DNA from: Octopus vulgaris
Lineage: Eukaryota
Assembly (NCBI GenBank): GCA_951406725.2
Contig: OX597818.1
Coordinates: forward strand, 85,808,001 to 85,872,000
Length of the DNA stretch: 64,000 nt
Reading direction: 5' to 3'
The translations under genes were made by a program, and so were the position numbers. Positions 24,480-38,821 of this stretch are shown here, in pieces. Position 1 is the first letter of the stretch. Every line of letters starts with the position of its first letter. A model generated the notes under the pieces. The model saw only the letters and a list, made by a program, of their open reading frames with translations, was not told the DNA's origin and searched no databases.

Positions 24480-25500
24480 AACCAATCTAAAATCAGAGTT
24501 CAGCATAACCCTAGAGTTTTCCTATAACTTGACCTTGGATGTTTTTATTATCTCTGCTGCTACTTTTCATTCCTCAGTGTACCACCAGTGTAAAGGCAAG
24601 TCTTGCTTCCAAGCCAAGCTTTGTAAACTTCTTTGCTTTGATGGCATCTTTAACCCCTTAGCATTCAAACCAGCCATATCAGGCCAAAATATTTAACCTA
24701 TTTTATACTGAAACCGGCTAGATCTGGCCTTTCACCTCATCCCCATAATGTCATTCTAAAACTAAGCAGCCACATCATCAGAATCTCTAAACTACAAGAT
24801 AATGCATGATTAATTTAAAACAACATAAATAAACAGATATTACATTTGAGAGAATAATCTGAATATTAAAGGGTTAATTTTCTGACTACATCAGGAGTTC
24901 TTTTAGCACCTAGCACCACACTGAGCTTCTTTCATCCACACTGTACAGTCAAAGAAGAAACTACCAAACAAAACAATCTCCACTCTGCTTCAACATCCTC
25001 TTTATTCAGAAAGGTCTCTGAATTTGGATAACAAGTGTCCTCATATATATTTCTGATCCAATCAGCCACTAAGGCTTCATACTTTATCCTCTTATAACTT
25101 ATCAGTTTTGTGAGCTCTCCACTGCAGTAGATATTTTTGGGCTGCAGACAGCTTGGTGGTGATCAGTTTCACTTTTTGCATGAACATCCAGCGCAGAATC
25201 AAAGAAGTCAGAGGTGATAACAAAATCTATCAGTGACCTCTGTCTCAAAGTATCCCTATATCATGTATACTTATGGATATTCCTGAGCTGGAAGAATGTG
25301 TTCATAACAGAGAGCCCATTTCCTGCAGCTAAGTCTAGTAAGGCCTCTCCATTTGCATTGAGTTCAAGGTCACCATTCCTCCCAATCACTCCTTTTCATG
25401 ACTTGTGGTCAGTGCCGACATCTGCATTGAAGTCTTGAAATAAACTCTTCCACAAGATATCCATCTTCATTATGTTGCTTTTCAATGCATTTTACATCCT
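24480..25500 (-). mobile_element. Degenerate LINE fragment (apurinic endonuclease region), interrupted by a piggyBac-like MITE
   Basis: The minus frame reads GLSVMNTFFQLRNIHKYT*YRDTLRQRSLIDFVITSDFFDSALDVHAKSETDHH, containing the APE motifs NTFF, HKYTW, IDF and TDH. Confidence 0.75.
24654..24873. mobile_element. piggyBac-like MITE with TTAA TSD (other copies at about 6388-6590, 7455-7678, 19262-19390)
   Basis: TTAA|CCCCTTAGCATTCA ... TGAATATTAAAGGG|TTAA. Confidence 0.8.
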
Positions 25501-26901
25501 CGATACAACCAGGACACGGTCAAAGTAATGAAAGTGGACATACAAAAAGTCTCACAAGCTGCACAAGTCATAAGCTGCATGGCAACCTTACTGGTGCTAA
25601 GTCTACCAAGGTGTATGGCCACCTCACTAATCCTAGATCCAACAAGCTACACAGTGATCTCACTTCTGTTGGGTCTTGCAAGCTGCATGGCAACCTCACT
25701 GGTGCTGGTCCCACATAAAAATCACCCAATACATGCTGTAAAGTAGCAGACATTGCATTATGCTGATCCTGTCAAGCTGCCTTACTCATGCCAGCAAAGA
25801 AAATGGATGTCAAAGAAAGATGATGATGATGGTATTTTGCATAATTGCTGTTAATCAATTTAACATTACATACACCTCAGTAGATAATAGCCATGTTTTG
25901 CTCAATTCAATTAAGAATTCAGTTAAAATATTTGGTGGATTCAACTTCAATAATTGAATTTAAATATTTGGAAGATCCAACTGTCAATAATTTTCTATTC
26001 ATCCTTCAATAGTTTCATTTTCTAAGAAAACACTTTCACTTTTCCACATGAAAAGATCATAGCACAGTCAAAATAAAAATGTTCACTTCCAAGGAGCCTT
26101 GGCTTGAAGAACAACCAAAACATCTTAATGTTCATCACTTCTTGCTAGATAGGTTCCACTTCAATTAACAAAGGCATGGTGTTGAATAAATCTGATATTT
26201 TGTGGTTAGAAAATAATGTTTGCAATCCAATCACATAACTCTGTCTGTGTCTATATGTACAAAATAATTTATACATCAATCAATATTTATTGGATGACAA
26301 GTTGGTCAAAATTTCCTTATGATGATGAATATACATACATACATAAATCAAAATAAGCAACAAGGATATCCAGAGGTAATGCAGTATGATCGTTTCATGC
26401 AACTCCATTTAATTGAACAATGCAATCATTACATCAATTTAAATAGAGAGCTATATATTTGTAAGTAAATATGTACAATTGTATGTACATATTTATATAC
26501 ATACACATAGGTATGTATGTATATATTTTTTGAAATTGTATGGATAATACCATACTAAATTCTGGTGCAACTTAAATACCATATTCATCTGAATCTAAAT
26601 TTTTGCTGAACTCATCTACATATATATATATAAGAAAAATATAAAGGAAAACCTTTACTGCAGCAAAACTAATCAGCACTCTATTGGAGCAAATAATAAC
26701 ATGAAGTGAAGTGAAGGACAAACTTTCATGGGTCAAATTTCTTTGTCAAAATTCATATACGGCATCAAACCAATCTTAAATATAAATCATGAAAATATGA
26801 AATACATAGATGTAGGTTCATCAGAACTTTTAGGTGTCAAGCATTCCAATATTACAAGTCAATAATGAAGTTAGATGAGCAATAGTATATAATAACGTAT
26901 A

Positions 26902-26995
26902 TATCCTTTACGATCATTTCAGGAAATTATGTTTGTATTGGGTGAATCTTCCAACCAGTACAAATAGCCACATTTCCCTCATCAGATTAAAATAT
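26902..26995 (-). ncRNA. Type I hammerhead-ribozyme-like motif with canonical core (probable Penelope-like element end)
   Basis: Minus strand: CUGAUGA-GGGAAAUGUG...CAUAAUUUCCU-GAAA-UGAUCG-UA. Long stem II, near-palindromic stem III, GUA triplet; stem I is weak. Confidence 0.6.
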
Positions 26996-27210
26996 TTTAA
27001 AAATAGTTTTAAAATAGTTTTAAAGTATTATCTACTTATAGAGCATAGAAGCATTTCAAAATAATGTTATAGTTTTTTTAAAAAGGTTTGTAAAGATATT
27101 GTAAAAATCTTTGTAAAAATAGAATATTTGTGCAAATAAAGATGAGAATATTTGTAAAAGTAAAATGACAGAGAGAGAGAGCTATATATTTGTAAATGAC
27201 TATATACAAC

Positions 27211-27770
27211 TCATCATCATCATCGTTTAACGTCCGCTTTCCATACTAGTATGGGTTGGATGATTTGACTGAGGGCTGATGAACCAGATGGCTGCACCAG
27301 GCTCCAATCTTGATCTGGCAGAGTTTCTACAGCTGGATGTCCTTCCTAACACCAACCACTCCAAGAGTGTAGTGGGTGCTTTTACATGCCACTGGCATGG
27401 GGGCCAGTCGGGCGGTACTGGCAACGACCTTGCTCGAATCATTTTACACATGCCACTGGCACAGGTGCCAGTAAGGTGATGCTGGTAACAATCACACTCA
27501 AATGGTGCCTTTTACATGCCACCAGCACGGAAGCCAGTTAGCCGCTCTGGCAAAGATCATGCTCAGATAGTGCTCTTAGCATCCTACTATCACGGGGCAC
27601 AAGTGCCAGTAAGGCGGTGCTAGTAACGATCACACTCGAATGATGCCTTTTATGTGCCACTGGCACGGAAGCTAGTTAGCCGCTCTGTCAATGATCACAC
27701 TCGTATGGTGCTCTTGCACACCGCATCTGATGCTTCTTAGGTTCCACTTTTCTCTCAAGGTTCTTACACT
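27211..27770 (-). mobile_element. RTE 3' end with ~58-bp tandem units and an internal deletion
   Basis: Same tail as 15058-15775, with repeated units of ggtgccttttac(a/g)tgccactggcacggaagccag. Related tails at about 30125-30935, 30990-31400, 38850-39125 and 33770-33950. Confidence 0.85.
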
Positions 27771-27942
27771 CTTATATGTACATATTTATATACATACACA
27801 TAGGTGTGTATGTATATATGTGTGTGTGTATATATATATATATATGAACATTACATACAAACACATATACATATAAGCACACACATATATATACATACAC
27901 ACACACATATATATACACACACATATATATACATACGCAAGA

Positions 27943-27979
<37 letters not shown>

Positions 27980-29538
27980 CACACATATATACACACACAT
28001 ATATATGATTTCATACACATACATATAAACCAATTATGACACTTGGGACAAATTAGTAGGCTTTGGTCAGATAAGGGTCATGATGATGACCCCTTTGGAA
28101 ATTCTCATCTGCTACAGTTGCTCAGGCCTTCTCAAAATTGCTTGCAGTGGTCTACGGCAATCTCATCAAGCTCCCTCTGTGCTGCAGCTCTCTCCAACCC
28201 TGTGGGGTCTATCCTTGGGTGAGCTAGCATTTCAGCTGGACTTCAAAATACTTCCTTGAGTCTCCTCTATCTGTGATGTCAGCATATATAACACCTAGTC
28301 TACTCACAACTAGTGCCTGACACCTCTGGGAACAGTCAGTGTTTGCAGAGTCTTGCACAGGGCACACATTCCAGTATGCTAGACTGAGGCTAGCTGACTT
28401 TTTTTTGTTTTATCCACTTTTATGTTTCCCTGTTTTTTCTAGCACTTGTCATTTCATTTTCTACCTCTCTAAATGAGATGGTTGTTGACTGTGGTGAGCC
28501 AACCAGGTGAGGGTCAGCTAAGCCTTTTTTTTCTTTGAAGCTACCTTTCTTAATTCCAACTCCATCGAGAACAAGGAATGTCACACCTAAAGAGGGCTGC
28601 TATGTCATTAACAGTGCTGTTGAATGTAACTTATTGCAAGCCAGTGTACAAATGACCAACATCAAGAGCCACCTACATGCAGAGTTGAGACTGTGACTAC
28701 CAGTTCCGTTCAGTACCTGTCTTTTTTGTTTCTTCCCCATTACTGCAGGGCTTTACTTCCAAACTGCACTCAGTACATTTGAAGTGAAAGTCAGTCCACA
28801 TAATCAGATCTCTCTCTTTAGACTTGGCAGCCTGAAGTGCAGTAGTTCAACAAGCTAAGACAAGTGTGGTGACCAACAAGCTGTAGGTTTTACATTGAAG
28901 TGGAACTCTCCCAGATGAATTGCCTAACACGGCTGGAGAGCTCCACCCACCCTGAAGACATCAAAAAGGGTGTCAAACAGGTCACTGGACCACCTTAAGA
29001 ACTCTAGGATGGAGGTGCATGTCTTAATGGTTGGGGTATTGGACTCATGATCGTAAGGTTGTGGGCTCAATTTCTGGACCAGGTGACACAATGTGTTTTT
29101 AAGCAAAACACTTCATTTCATGTTGCTCCAGTCCACTCAGCTGGCAAAAATGAGTAATCCTGCAGTGGACCAGCATCCCATCCAGGTGGGGAATGCCATG
29201 GACTAGGAAACTGGCCCTTATGAACCAATATGATTCAAGAAGGTAACCTTTACCTTTAGGAATTACACTTCTTGAGTTTCTAGTAAGGTTGGCTCCCTTA
29301 GCCTCTCCTTACTTTCACAAGGAAATGAAGGTTTGTGCTTGGAGTTTCCCTTCCTCTAATCTGGTTTCCAACCAAGGCTAACAGGCACAGGAACACCTTC
29401 ACATGGTGGCTCTGATTCTGCTTAGGTTGTCACAAGGATGATGACCAAGTGCTCAATGGTTTAACTGGGGTGGTCGGTCTGGGTGCTAATATATATGCAC
29501 AAGCACATATATATATATGTGTGTGTGTGTGTGCACAA

Positions 29539-29577
<39 letters not shown>

Positions 29578-30075
29578 CACAAGCATATATATATACACCT
29601 AACACACACAAATATGCACACACACACACACACTACTGGATGGCCATTCACCATCATGAGTTCTTCCACCCTTTGGTAAGCTTTGTTTTTGATCCCACAG
29701 GTTATCTAAAAATCAACTTCCTCATCAAACAAGTTTGGTGTGGTTGTCCATTTAGTTATTGCTGACCTTACCACACAACAGGTTGTACTGAGTTACATGT
29801 TAGCAGCAGTGCTCATGAGCGACGTAACAACAGTGTATACTTACATGTGTATATACACATATACCCATTTGTGTGTGACTTTGTTTTTGTCCTCCATCAC
29901 TACATGACAACCAAGGTTGGTTTGTGTTCAACCCCATAACTTTGCAGTTTGGCAAAAAGAGACTTATAGAATAAATATCAGGTTTCAAATAATAAGTAGT
30001 GTGTCAATTTGTTCAACCAAACCCTTCAAGATAGTGCCCTAGCATGACCACTGTATGAAGACTAAAAACTATAAA

Positions 30076-30125
<50 letters not shown>

Positions 30126-30666
30126 TCATCATCATCATCGTCATTTAATGTCTGCTTTCCATGCTGACATAGGTTGGACAGTTTGACTGAGAACTGGCAA
30201 GCCAGGAGGCTGTACCAGGCTCTAGTTTGATTTGGTAAGGTTTCTACAGCTGGATGCCCTTCCTAATGCCAACCATTCTGAGAGTATAGTGGTTGTTTTT
30301 TATGTGCCACAGGCATGGGTGCCAGTCAGGCGGCATTGGCATCAGCCACACTCAAATGGTGCTTTTTATGTGCCACTGACATGGGTACCTGTCAGCCAGC
30401 ACTGGTATTGGCCACACTCAAATGGTATTTTTACATACCACTGGCACATGTGGCACTCAGGCAGCACTGGCATTGACCATGATTATGATTTCACTCAGTT
30501 AAACAGATCTTCAGAAGTACAGCATATTGCCCAATGATTGAAAGGTGCTTTTAAATGGGCCAGTTATGTGACACGGGCATTGACCATGACTACGATCTCA
30601 CTTGGCTTGTGGAGTCTTCTCAAGCACAGCATATCTCCAAAGGTTTCAGTCACTTGTCATTGTCTC

Positions 30667-30892
30667 TTATTTCTTTATTGCCCACAAGTGGCTAAACAGA
30701 GGGGACAAACAAGGACAGATAAACAGATTAAGTCGATTACATCGTGCACAACTGGTACTTAATTTATTGACCCTGAAAGGATGAAAGGCAAAGTCGACCT
30801 TGGTGAAATATGAACTCAGAACGTAGCAGAAGACGAAATACCGCTAAGCATTTCACCTGGCGTGCTAACGTTTCTGCCAGCTCACTGACTTA
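30667..30892 (-). mobile_element. SINE-B (tail variant 2) inserted in an RTE 3'UTR
   Basis: Tail ttatttctttattgcccacaag..ggctaaac, as at 54309 and 60376. Imperfect TSD tcattgtctct / tcagtgtctct. Confidence 0.75.
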
Positions 30893-31855
30893 TCAGTGTC
30901 TCTATGAGGCCCAACGTTCAAAGATTATGCTTCATGCACACACATATGTACACATATAAACACACATACGTATCCATATACACATGTATATATCATCATC
31001 ATCATCATCATCATTTAACATCCATTTTCCATTCAAGCATGAGTTGGATGGGTTGATAGTAACTGGCAAGGTAAGGAGTCATACCAGGTTCCCTTGTCTA
31101 TTTTGGCATGGCTTCTACAGCTGATTGTCCTTCCTAATGCCAACCATTTTACAGAATGTACCAGGTACATTTTATGTGGCACCAGCACCAGTGCTTTTTT
31201 ACATGGCACCAGCCCCTGTACTTTTTAAGTGGTACTAGTACCAATGATTTGTACATGGCACCATCACTAGTGACTTTTATGTGACATTAGCACCAACAAG
31301 GTCACCGGTTACCTTACAAGATAATAACACCCTCAAGTTGAAGGAGGAGGAGTAGTACTGAGAAGATGTGGCTTTGTGCCAGTTGACAGATTTAAGGTAT
31401 AGAGGGGACAGATACACACACATATACATGCACACAAGTACATATATATATATATAAATATATATATACATACATACGCATATATGCATATATGTGTGTG
31501 TATACATATTTATACACACACACACATATATATATACACAAACATACACACACATATATATATATATATAAATACACATACATGTATATATGTATATACA
31601 TATACACATGTATAAATATATATATATTTATACACATATATATACACTTATATATACACATACATTCACACATTTATACACTTATATATACACATATATT
31701 CACATATTTATACACTTATATATACACATATATTCACACATTTATACACTTATATATATATACACACACACACACATATTCACACATATATACATTATAT
31801 AATACAATATATATACACACATACACACATACATATATTTATATACACATATGTA

Positions 31856-31897
<42 letters not shown>

Positions 31898-32229
31898 CAC
31901 ACACAGACATGCACACACAAAACTTATTTCAAACACCCATAACATCAGAAATGTTAATGACATTAGGAATATTTATTATTAATTGGTAATATTTGTAAAT
32001 GGCACCTTTTTGTGGGAGATGCTGCAAGTGTTGAAGAATGAATAAATGAATGAATGACGATAAATTAATTGAAAGAACAAACATAACATTGTGTGTAAAA
32101 CTATTGACTGCTGGCAAACCACACTATAAATTTTCTTATTTCTCCCAGCTACAGACATCATAAAATAGTAATGAATCAATGCCCAAACAGCCTTCCCTCC
32201 AAAGATACAAGCCCTGTAACTGAAATTTT

Positions 32230-34990
32230 CAAACCTTCAGAGCTGCAACCATATATGTAGGTATAATGAAAGATAGATCTGATAAGATTGTGGAAATGCT
32301 GGTGCAGAGACTTGTGGATGTGTGTTGTGTGCATGAGGTAAGGTGGACAGGATCCTTAATCAAACTCCTCACAGGCAAAAAAAGACTGCAATACAAATTC
32401 GTCAGGGTGAAAAATAGTAACAGTAGAGTAGAGGTGGAGCAGGCATGCTGTTAGCCGAGAAATGGATAAATAAAGAAATTAAGGTAGTCAGGGTGTGTGG
32501 TAGAATAACTAAAATGGGACTAGTTATAGGAAACACAACAGTGATAGTTTCTCAGCATATGCCCAACAGGAAGGATCAACAGATGAATGGCAGGGCTGCT
32601 TCTATGAGACCTTTTTGATGAGTACCTCGATGGTGACTGACATATTTATGGATCCCTGTAACATATATGACAACTGGAAATTTCTGTGAAATAACCAGCT
32701 TTGGACTATAGATTGGAGGTGTGCAGGAGAAAACTCCCTGGCAAGCCAAAAGTTTAGTGGTAGTGCAATAATACAGTTGGTAGCAGGGAGATAAAAGCTA
32801 ATGAGGAGGCTTGAAAAAGCTGGAAGTAAGGTGGGAGTAGGAAGCATTATTATATGACTAGAAGGGCAGCTGCACAAGAAGTATACCTGGCTAAAGATAA
32901 AGCAAAAAGGATGAGATCTGCACATAACTTGAAGTATGAGGATCAGAGGAGTAAAGTGTTCGGGAGTGCAAGATTCAGTGTGTGAAAGAAAAGAGATGCT
33001 GATGGTGAGAAGTGTATTTGAAATGATGAAGACATGCTTGCCATCAATATAGAAGGCAAGAAAGTGGTATAGAAGTGTTAATTTGAGAGACTGCTGAACA
33101 TCAAGAATGCTTGGGATAAAAGGGGAAGGGGCGACTGCATGCTGACCAAACAGTAGGACTGGAAATTCAAGTTGACAATAGTGTAGTCAATAAAGCAATC
33201 AAGGACATGAAGAAGAGGGAAAGCTGCAGGTACATTAGGGACAGTTGCAAAGATGTTCAAAATATCTGGTGAGGTATGGTACTTGATTACCGCCTGGATT
33301 GTTAATCAAGTCATACAGAGAGGTGTCATACCTAATGACTGGTTTAGCAATATCATCATAAACTGCAACAAAGGCAAAGGAGATGTCTTAGAGAGAAGCA
33401 ACTATAGAGGAACCAAGCTGCTATATCAGGTTATGAAGGCTATGAAGAGGGTCTATTCTGTCATGGATCGATTGTGCTATTACTAATATGAGATGCAGTT
33501 TGGCTTTGTCTCCTGAAGAGTCGCCATGGGTCCAATCTTCCTATTGAAGCAACTTCAGGAGAAATACTTGGCTACGAATAAACCACTGTTCCTAGCCTTT
33601 CATGGACATGGAGAAAGTATTTGATAGAGTACCACACTTAGTAATTTGTAGTCCTTGAGGAAACTAGGTGTAGATGAATGGCTTGTAAGGGCTGTACATG
33701 CTATGTACAAAGATGCACTAAGTGAGAGTCAACAACAATTTTAGTGATGAAATTAGCATACTCAGTGCACTCTGTTAAGTGATTGGTATTAAGAAGATCA
33801 TCCAGCCATAGAAAACATGCCAAAGTAGGCTGTAGAGCTTGGTGCAGACTTCTGACTTGCCAGTTCCTGTTAAATCATCCAGCCCTTGGTAGCCTGGACA
33901 CTACATGATGAAAATGGACATTACATGATGATGATGACGATGATGACTATTTATCATAGTCCTACAGGAATTCACATGGGAGCTCCTATATATTGATGAT
34001 CTAGTTCTCATAACTAAATTTAATGGGGAGAATTAAAGAACTTCGAAGCATGAAAGCTAAACTTAGAATCAAGAAGCCTTAAGATAAACATAGCAAAGAT
34101 GAAGGTTTTCATCAACAGGAAAGGAGACAGGACCTAGGCACCTTCAGGAAAATGGCCTTGCTCAATATGCAATAAAGGAGTACATATAAATTTGTTATGC
34201 TGTCCCATGTAACTATAAACATAGAAGAGGTGTAGTGGAATACAGGTAGACTAACAGTAAATATGATCTTTGTATGTGATAGATGCAGTGGAGCAGTAAG
34301 TACAATGAGCACACCAGAAAAGGATGCTCCTAGATGCCCAGATGACTCACTAGAAGACTTCAAAGCTCTTGTTACCTAGGTAAGTGAAGGTAGTTGCTCT
34401 GAAAATATAGCAACCAAGGTAAGAACAAGCTGAAGAAAGTTCAGTGAGTTACTAACACTGCTGATAACAAATCTCGTTCTCCTTAGAGTGAAGGGTAGAT
34501 TATATGACTTGTATTAGAATTGTGATGCAGCATGGTAGGTGAGACATGGACCTTGAATGCAAAGGGCTTAAGTAAACTGGAAAGAAATGAAGTGAGCATG
34601 CTCCATTGGATATGCAATGTAAGAGTGCCTGAACAATGTATGAGGGGATGCTGAAAAGTTTCTGGCTCTGGGTGAAAGAAAATACAGGCAAATCAGTTAT
34701 GATTTTATTCCATATATATTCCCCTCTCAGATTCACACGCTTATTGCAGCAGTTCTTCAGTTTTTCTAAGTCTTGTAAAAGTACTTGGAAGGTTGGGCCT
34801 CTCACCAGCCCTTTTGCTATACCTTTAAAGCTAGTAACTTTTCAGCACCCATTTGTAATATAAATGTTCTGAGAGAAAAACTGGGTTTAAAAAGAATCAG
34901 ATTTAGTATGTCAGAAAGAAGATTATTGGTAGGGACATGTGATATGTATGGATGCAAGGCAAGTGAAATGGGATTTCCTTGAAGGAATTC
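32230..34990 (+). mobile_element. Long degenerate RTE-clade LINE (APE + RT), many stops and frameshifts, with nested insertions
   Basis: Fragments VDVCCVHEVRWTG (APE), IPNDW..IIINCNKGKGDVLERSNYRGTKLL (RT N-part), EMQFGFV, YIDDLVL-like and VLREKLG..IRFSMSERRL occur in collinear order. Confidence 0.85.
34639..34857. mobile_element. Mariner-derived MITE inserted in the LINE
   Basis: TA-TGAGGGGATGCTGAAAAGTTTCTGGCT ... AGCTAGTAACTTTTCAGCACCCATTTG-TA; the LINE sequence resumes on both sides. Confidence 0.82.
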
Positions 34991-35766
34991 TAGAGTAATG
35001 TTACTCAGTTGGGTGAGTATGAGAGAAGTTAGGGAGCATCTCCAGTTTGAGCTACTACTTTTCAGCATTGAGCAGACATAAATCTGGTACTATAAGCATA
35101 TGGATAAACTGCCTCAGAAAAGGATCATAAGACAGAGTCATCAAACTCAAACAGTTAGTAGGAGATCTAGAGCAGTGGTTCTCAACTGGGTCTATATGGT
35201 CCCTGAAGGTCAATATAAGATTTTGGGGGTCCATGCAACAAAATAGTAAATTGGGGATTCACAATAATATTTTAAGGGCCCCTGCAAACATTTTGCTTTA
35301 GATGTATGTAATGGATGGAACCCTGATTAGGGAGATGTAAGATAAAAGGCATTCCAGATTTAACTATCCTGACTTGTTTTCATACATACTGCATTTAGGA
35401 TAAATTAGTCAATGTTTCCTACATTTTATTAAGACAGTCAATGGATATTTGGCAGCTATTACAACTTTACACTCTACAGAAGCTCAAAATTGGTTAGGGA
35501 CTTGTTTGTTGTAACCCATCACAGCATTTAAAATGAATTATTGAATAGTATTTGAAATAAGTACTTGTTTCAGTCACTGGATTATGGTTATGGAGAAGTA
35601 CTACCATAAATGGTTTTGGTCAAACAAATCAACCCCAGTATTTATATATATATATTTGTAAGTTTTGTACTTATTCTATCAGTCCCTTCTGCCAAACCAC
35701 CAAGTTAAAGGAATGTAAATAAACCAACAATAGTTGTCAAATGGTGAGCAGTGGAGACAAACAAAA

Positions 35767-35800
<34 letters not shown>

Positions 35801-37424
35801 ACAATGGCCTTCCACACAGTTTCTGGCTACCAAATTTACACACAAGGCATTAGTCAACCCAGGGATATAAAAGACCCTTGCATGATGAGCTGCAGAGTAG
35901 GACAGGGCACTGAACCTGAAACCACAAGGTTGTAAAGCTTGCTTCTCAACCAAACAGCCCTTTAGATTATCATGATGATTTTAGTAATTTTTCCCTAAAA
36001 CAATTTGTACCCATCAAAGGGTCACCAATGTAGCCCTAGTTTTATTTCTATGACTATCACTTCTCCACAGTTAACTCAGCTTTTTACCACCTCATACAAA
36101 TGACCCCAGGAAACATTTTAAACTTATCTCTTTCAAATCAATGGGGCTAAATTATTCACTCATGGAGAATTTCAATTAGGATAAAGTTAACGAATTAATC
36201 ACATTTTTGTATTAGATAAAGAAAAGCGTGATTGATTGACACCAAACCTCATTATGGTGATTATATGTAAATAGAAATTGTAATTAGTATTTTTTGGATA
36301 CATTCCTTTTATCTTAATACAAATGGAAAAGTGTTTTCCATAATTGAATTGAGACAAATTTGACGTCAGATATGAAAAGAAAATGTGAGGCTTTTGGGGG
36401 AAGCATGGCATGTGCATATGTGTGTATTTGTGTGTGTGTGTGTGTGTACACAAGCATATACATACATATAGGTGATGGTATGGGTGTTGATTAAGAAGCT
36501 TGCTTACCACCCATATGGTTTTGGGTTCAATCCCACTATATAGCATCTTTGGCAAGCATTTTCTACTATAGGCATGGCTGTGTGGTAAGAAGCTTGTTTC
36601 CCAACCACATGTTTCTGGTCTCTGTACTACAGTGTGGCACTTTGGATAAGTGTCTTCTACTATAGCCTCAGGCTGACCAAAGCCGAGTGAGTGAATTTGG
36701 AAGACAGAAACTAAATGAAGCTTGTTGTACATATATTTGTGTGTGCATGTATGAGAGTGTTTACATCCCCGTAACTTGGCAGTTCTGCAAAGGAGATTGA
36801 TAGAATAAGTACCAAGCTTAAAAGAAAAAGTTCTGACTAAAAGTTCTCAATGGTGTTGCCCCCAGCTTGGCAGCATGTCTAATGACTGAAACAAGTAAAA
36901 GGTAAAAAGTATAGATCCAGGCCAACCAGAGCCATGTGAGTGGATTTGGTAGACAGAAACTGAAAGAAGCTCATTACATGCGTACACACACACACATGTG
37001 TGTGTGTATGTGTATGTGTGTGTATGTGTGTGTGCATGCATGCTTGTATGCCATCATCATACAAGCAAGTTCGTTCCTTTCCTGTCTTCCATAAAAACCG
37101 GGTCTGACCATTGGGAAATATTATGTTACTTGGAAACAGGTGAGGGTTAGTGATAAGAAAAGTGTCTGGCGAGAAAATCTACCACAGCAAATTCCAGCTG
37201 ATCCATGCAAGCATGGAAAAGTGGATGCTAAATGATGATCATATACACTCATCTTGCATGCACACACGTAATATCACATCACATATACTTTTAGAACTAT
37301 TAGTATGACTTGGTAGACTGTACCATGCTTCAGTTAATTACTTAATGTGCAATAATTGCTTAGTCAAGAGCAGATAGAAATCTTCTTAACTTTCCCACTG
37401 TGGGCGTAGCAATACATCCAGGGA

Positions 37425-37485
<61 letters not shown>

Positions 37486-37697
37486 GTATGTGTGTCTGTA
37501 TATATCCCCCCAACATCGCTTGACAACCAATGCTGGTGTGTTTACATCCGTGTAACTTAGCGGTTCGGCAAAAGAGACTGATAGAATAAGAATAAGTACT
37601 AGGCTTACAAAGAATAAGTCCTGGGGTTGATTTGCTTTACTAAAGGCAGTGCTCCAGCATGGCCACTGTCAAATGACTGAAACAAGTAAAAGAGTAA

Positions 37698-37746
<49 letters not shown>

Positions 37747-38781
37747 CAAATGAATAAATAACAGACAATGGATAGATGTCAGTTCATTACAGCTGTTTCT
37801 TAATCATTCAACCCAACCGGGTGCATATCATTTAAGTACCCGATTCACTCCAGAATCCTTGATATTGTATCTATGTACAACTCATTTTTACAGTTGAGTG
37901 AACTGGAGCAACATGAGATAAAGTGTCTTGCTCAAGAACACAACACACAACCCAGTCATATATATATAAAATTGAGAGTGACAGAGGCAGTACTAATACC
38001 AAAAGGTAATCTTGATCCCCAACCTAAGGTTGAGGTTGAATTAGAATGCAGAATATTGTGTTATTTACCTTGAGAGAACCTCTCATATGGACTAGTGCAT
38101 AAAAACACATAAATAATTGACAGACAAAGGTTGTCTGCTATGGCTGCTGGAACTGCCAGATCAAGTGATTTATCTTTTCACTTCACTGTGTCCCTGTCTT
38201 TTTTTCTCACCCCTCCTTGATTCTTCTGTCCCTCTGCTCCGACTTCTCTCTCTTCTCTTCCCACGTGACCATGCAATCAACCTAGCCTGTTCTTTCTTTC
38301 TTGGTCTCACCGCTGTCCATGCAAGATTGATATTCTTCCCTGTGTTTCTGAAACTTTTGTATCTCTGCTGTAAGGCTTCATTTCCAAATGCACCAGCTTA
38401 ATTCAATTCGTTCTTTGTTGAAAGACACCTGTTGTGATGTCGTGTTATTATTTTTATTGTATTTATTATTGTTGTTTTTGTATACATTCGTTGCTTTCTT
38501 CCAAGGAATCTAATGCTCTTAGCTTAGTTTTTCCTTGAGGCTGGCCAGATTGGAGCAATCTCAAGAATAATCAGCCAAAATTGCAAGGATAATCTGGTGC
38601 TTGACTGAGGATAGAGGGCTTTGAATGACCCATCCTTATTTTCTTTGTATCTCCTATTTAGATGTTTTGCTGTCCCTTTTTGTATCACCTAGCTGTCCAG
38701 ATGTTCTGCGTTCTTGTCCCATTTTGTATTTTTTATTTAAATATATATATATATATATATAGCGGTGTACATACACTTTGG

Positions 38782-38821
<40 letters not shown>

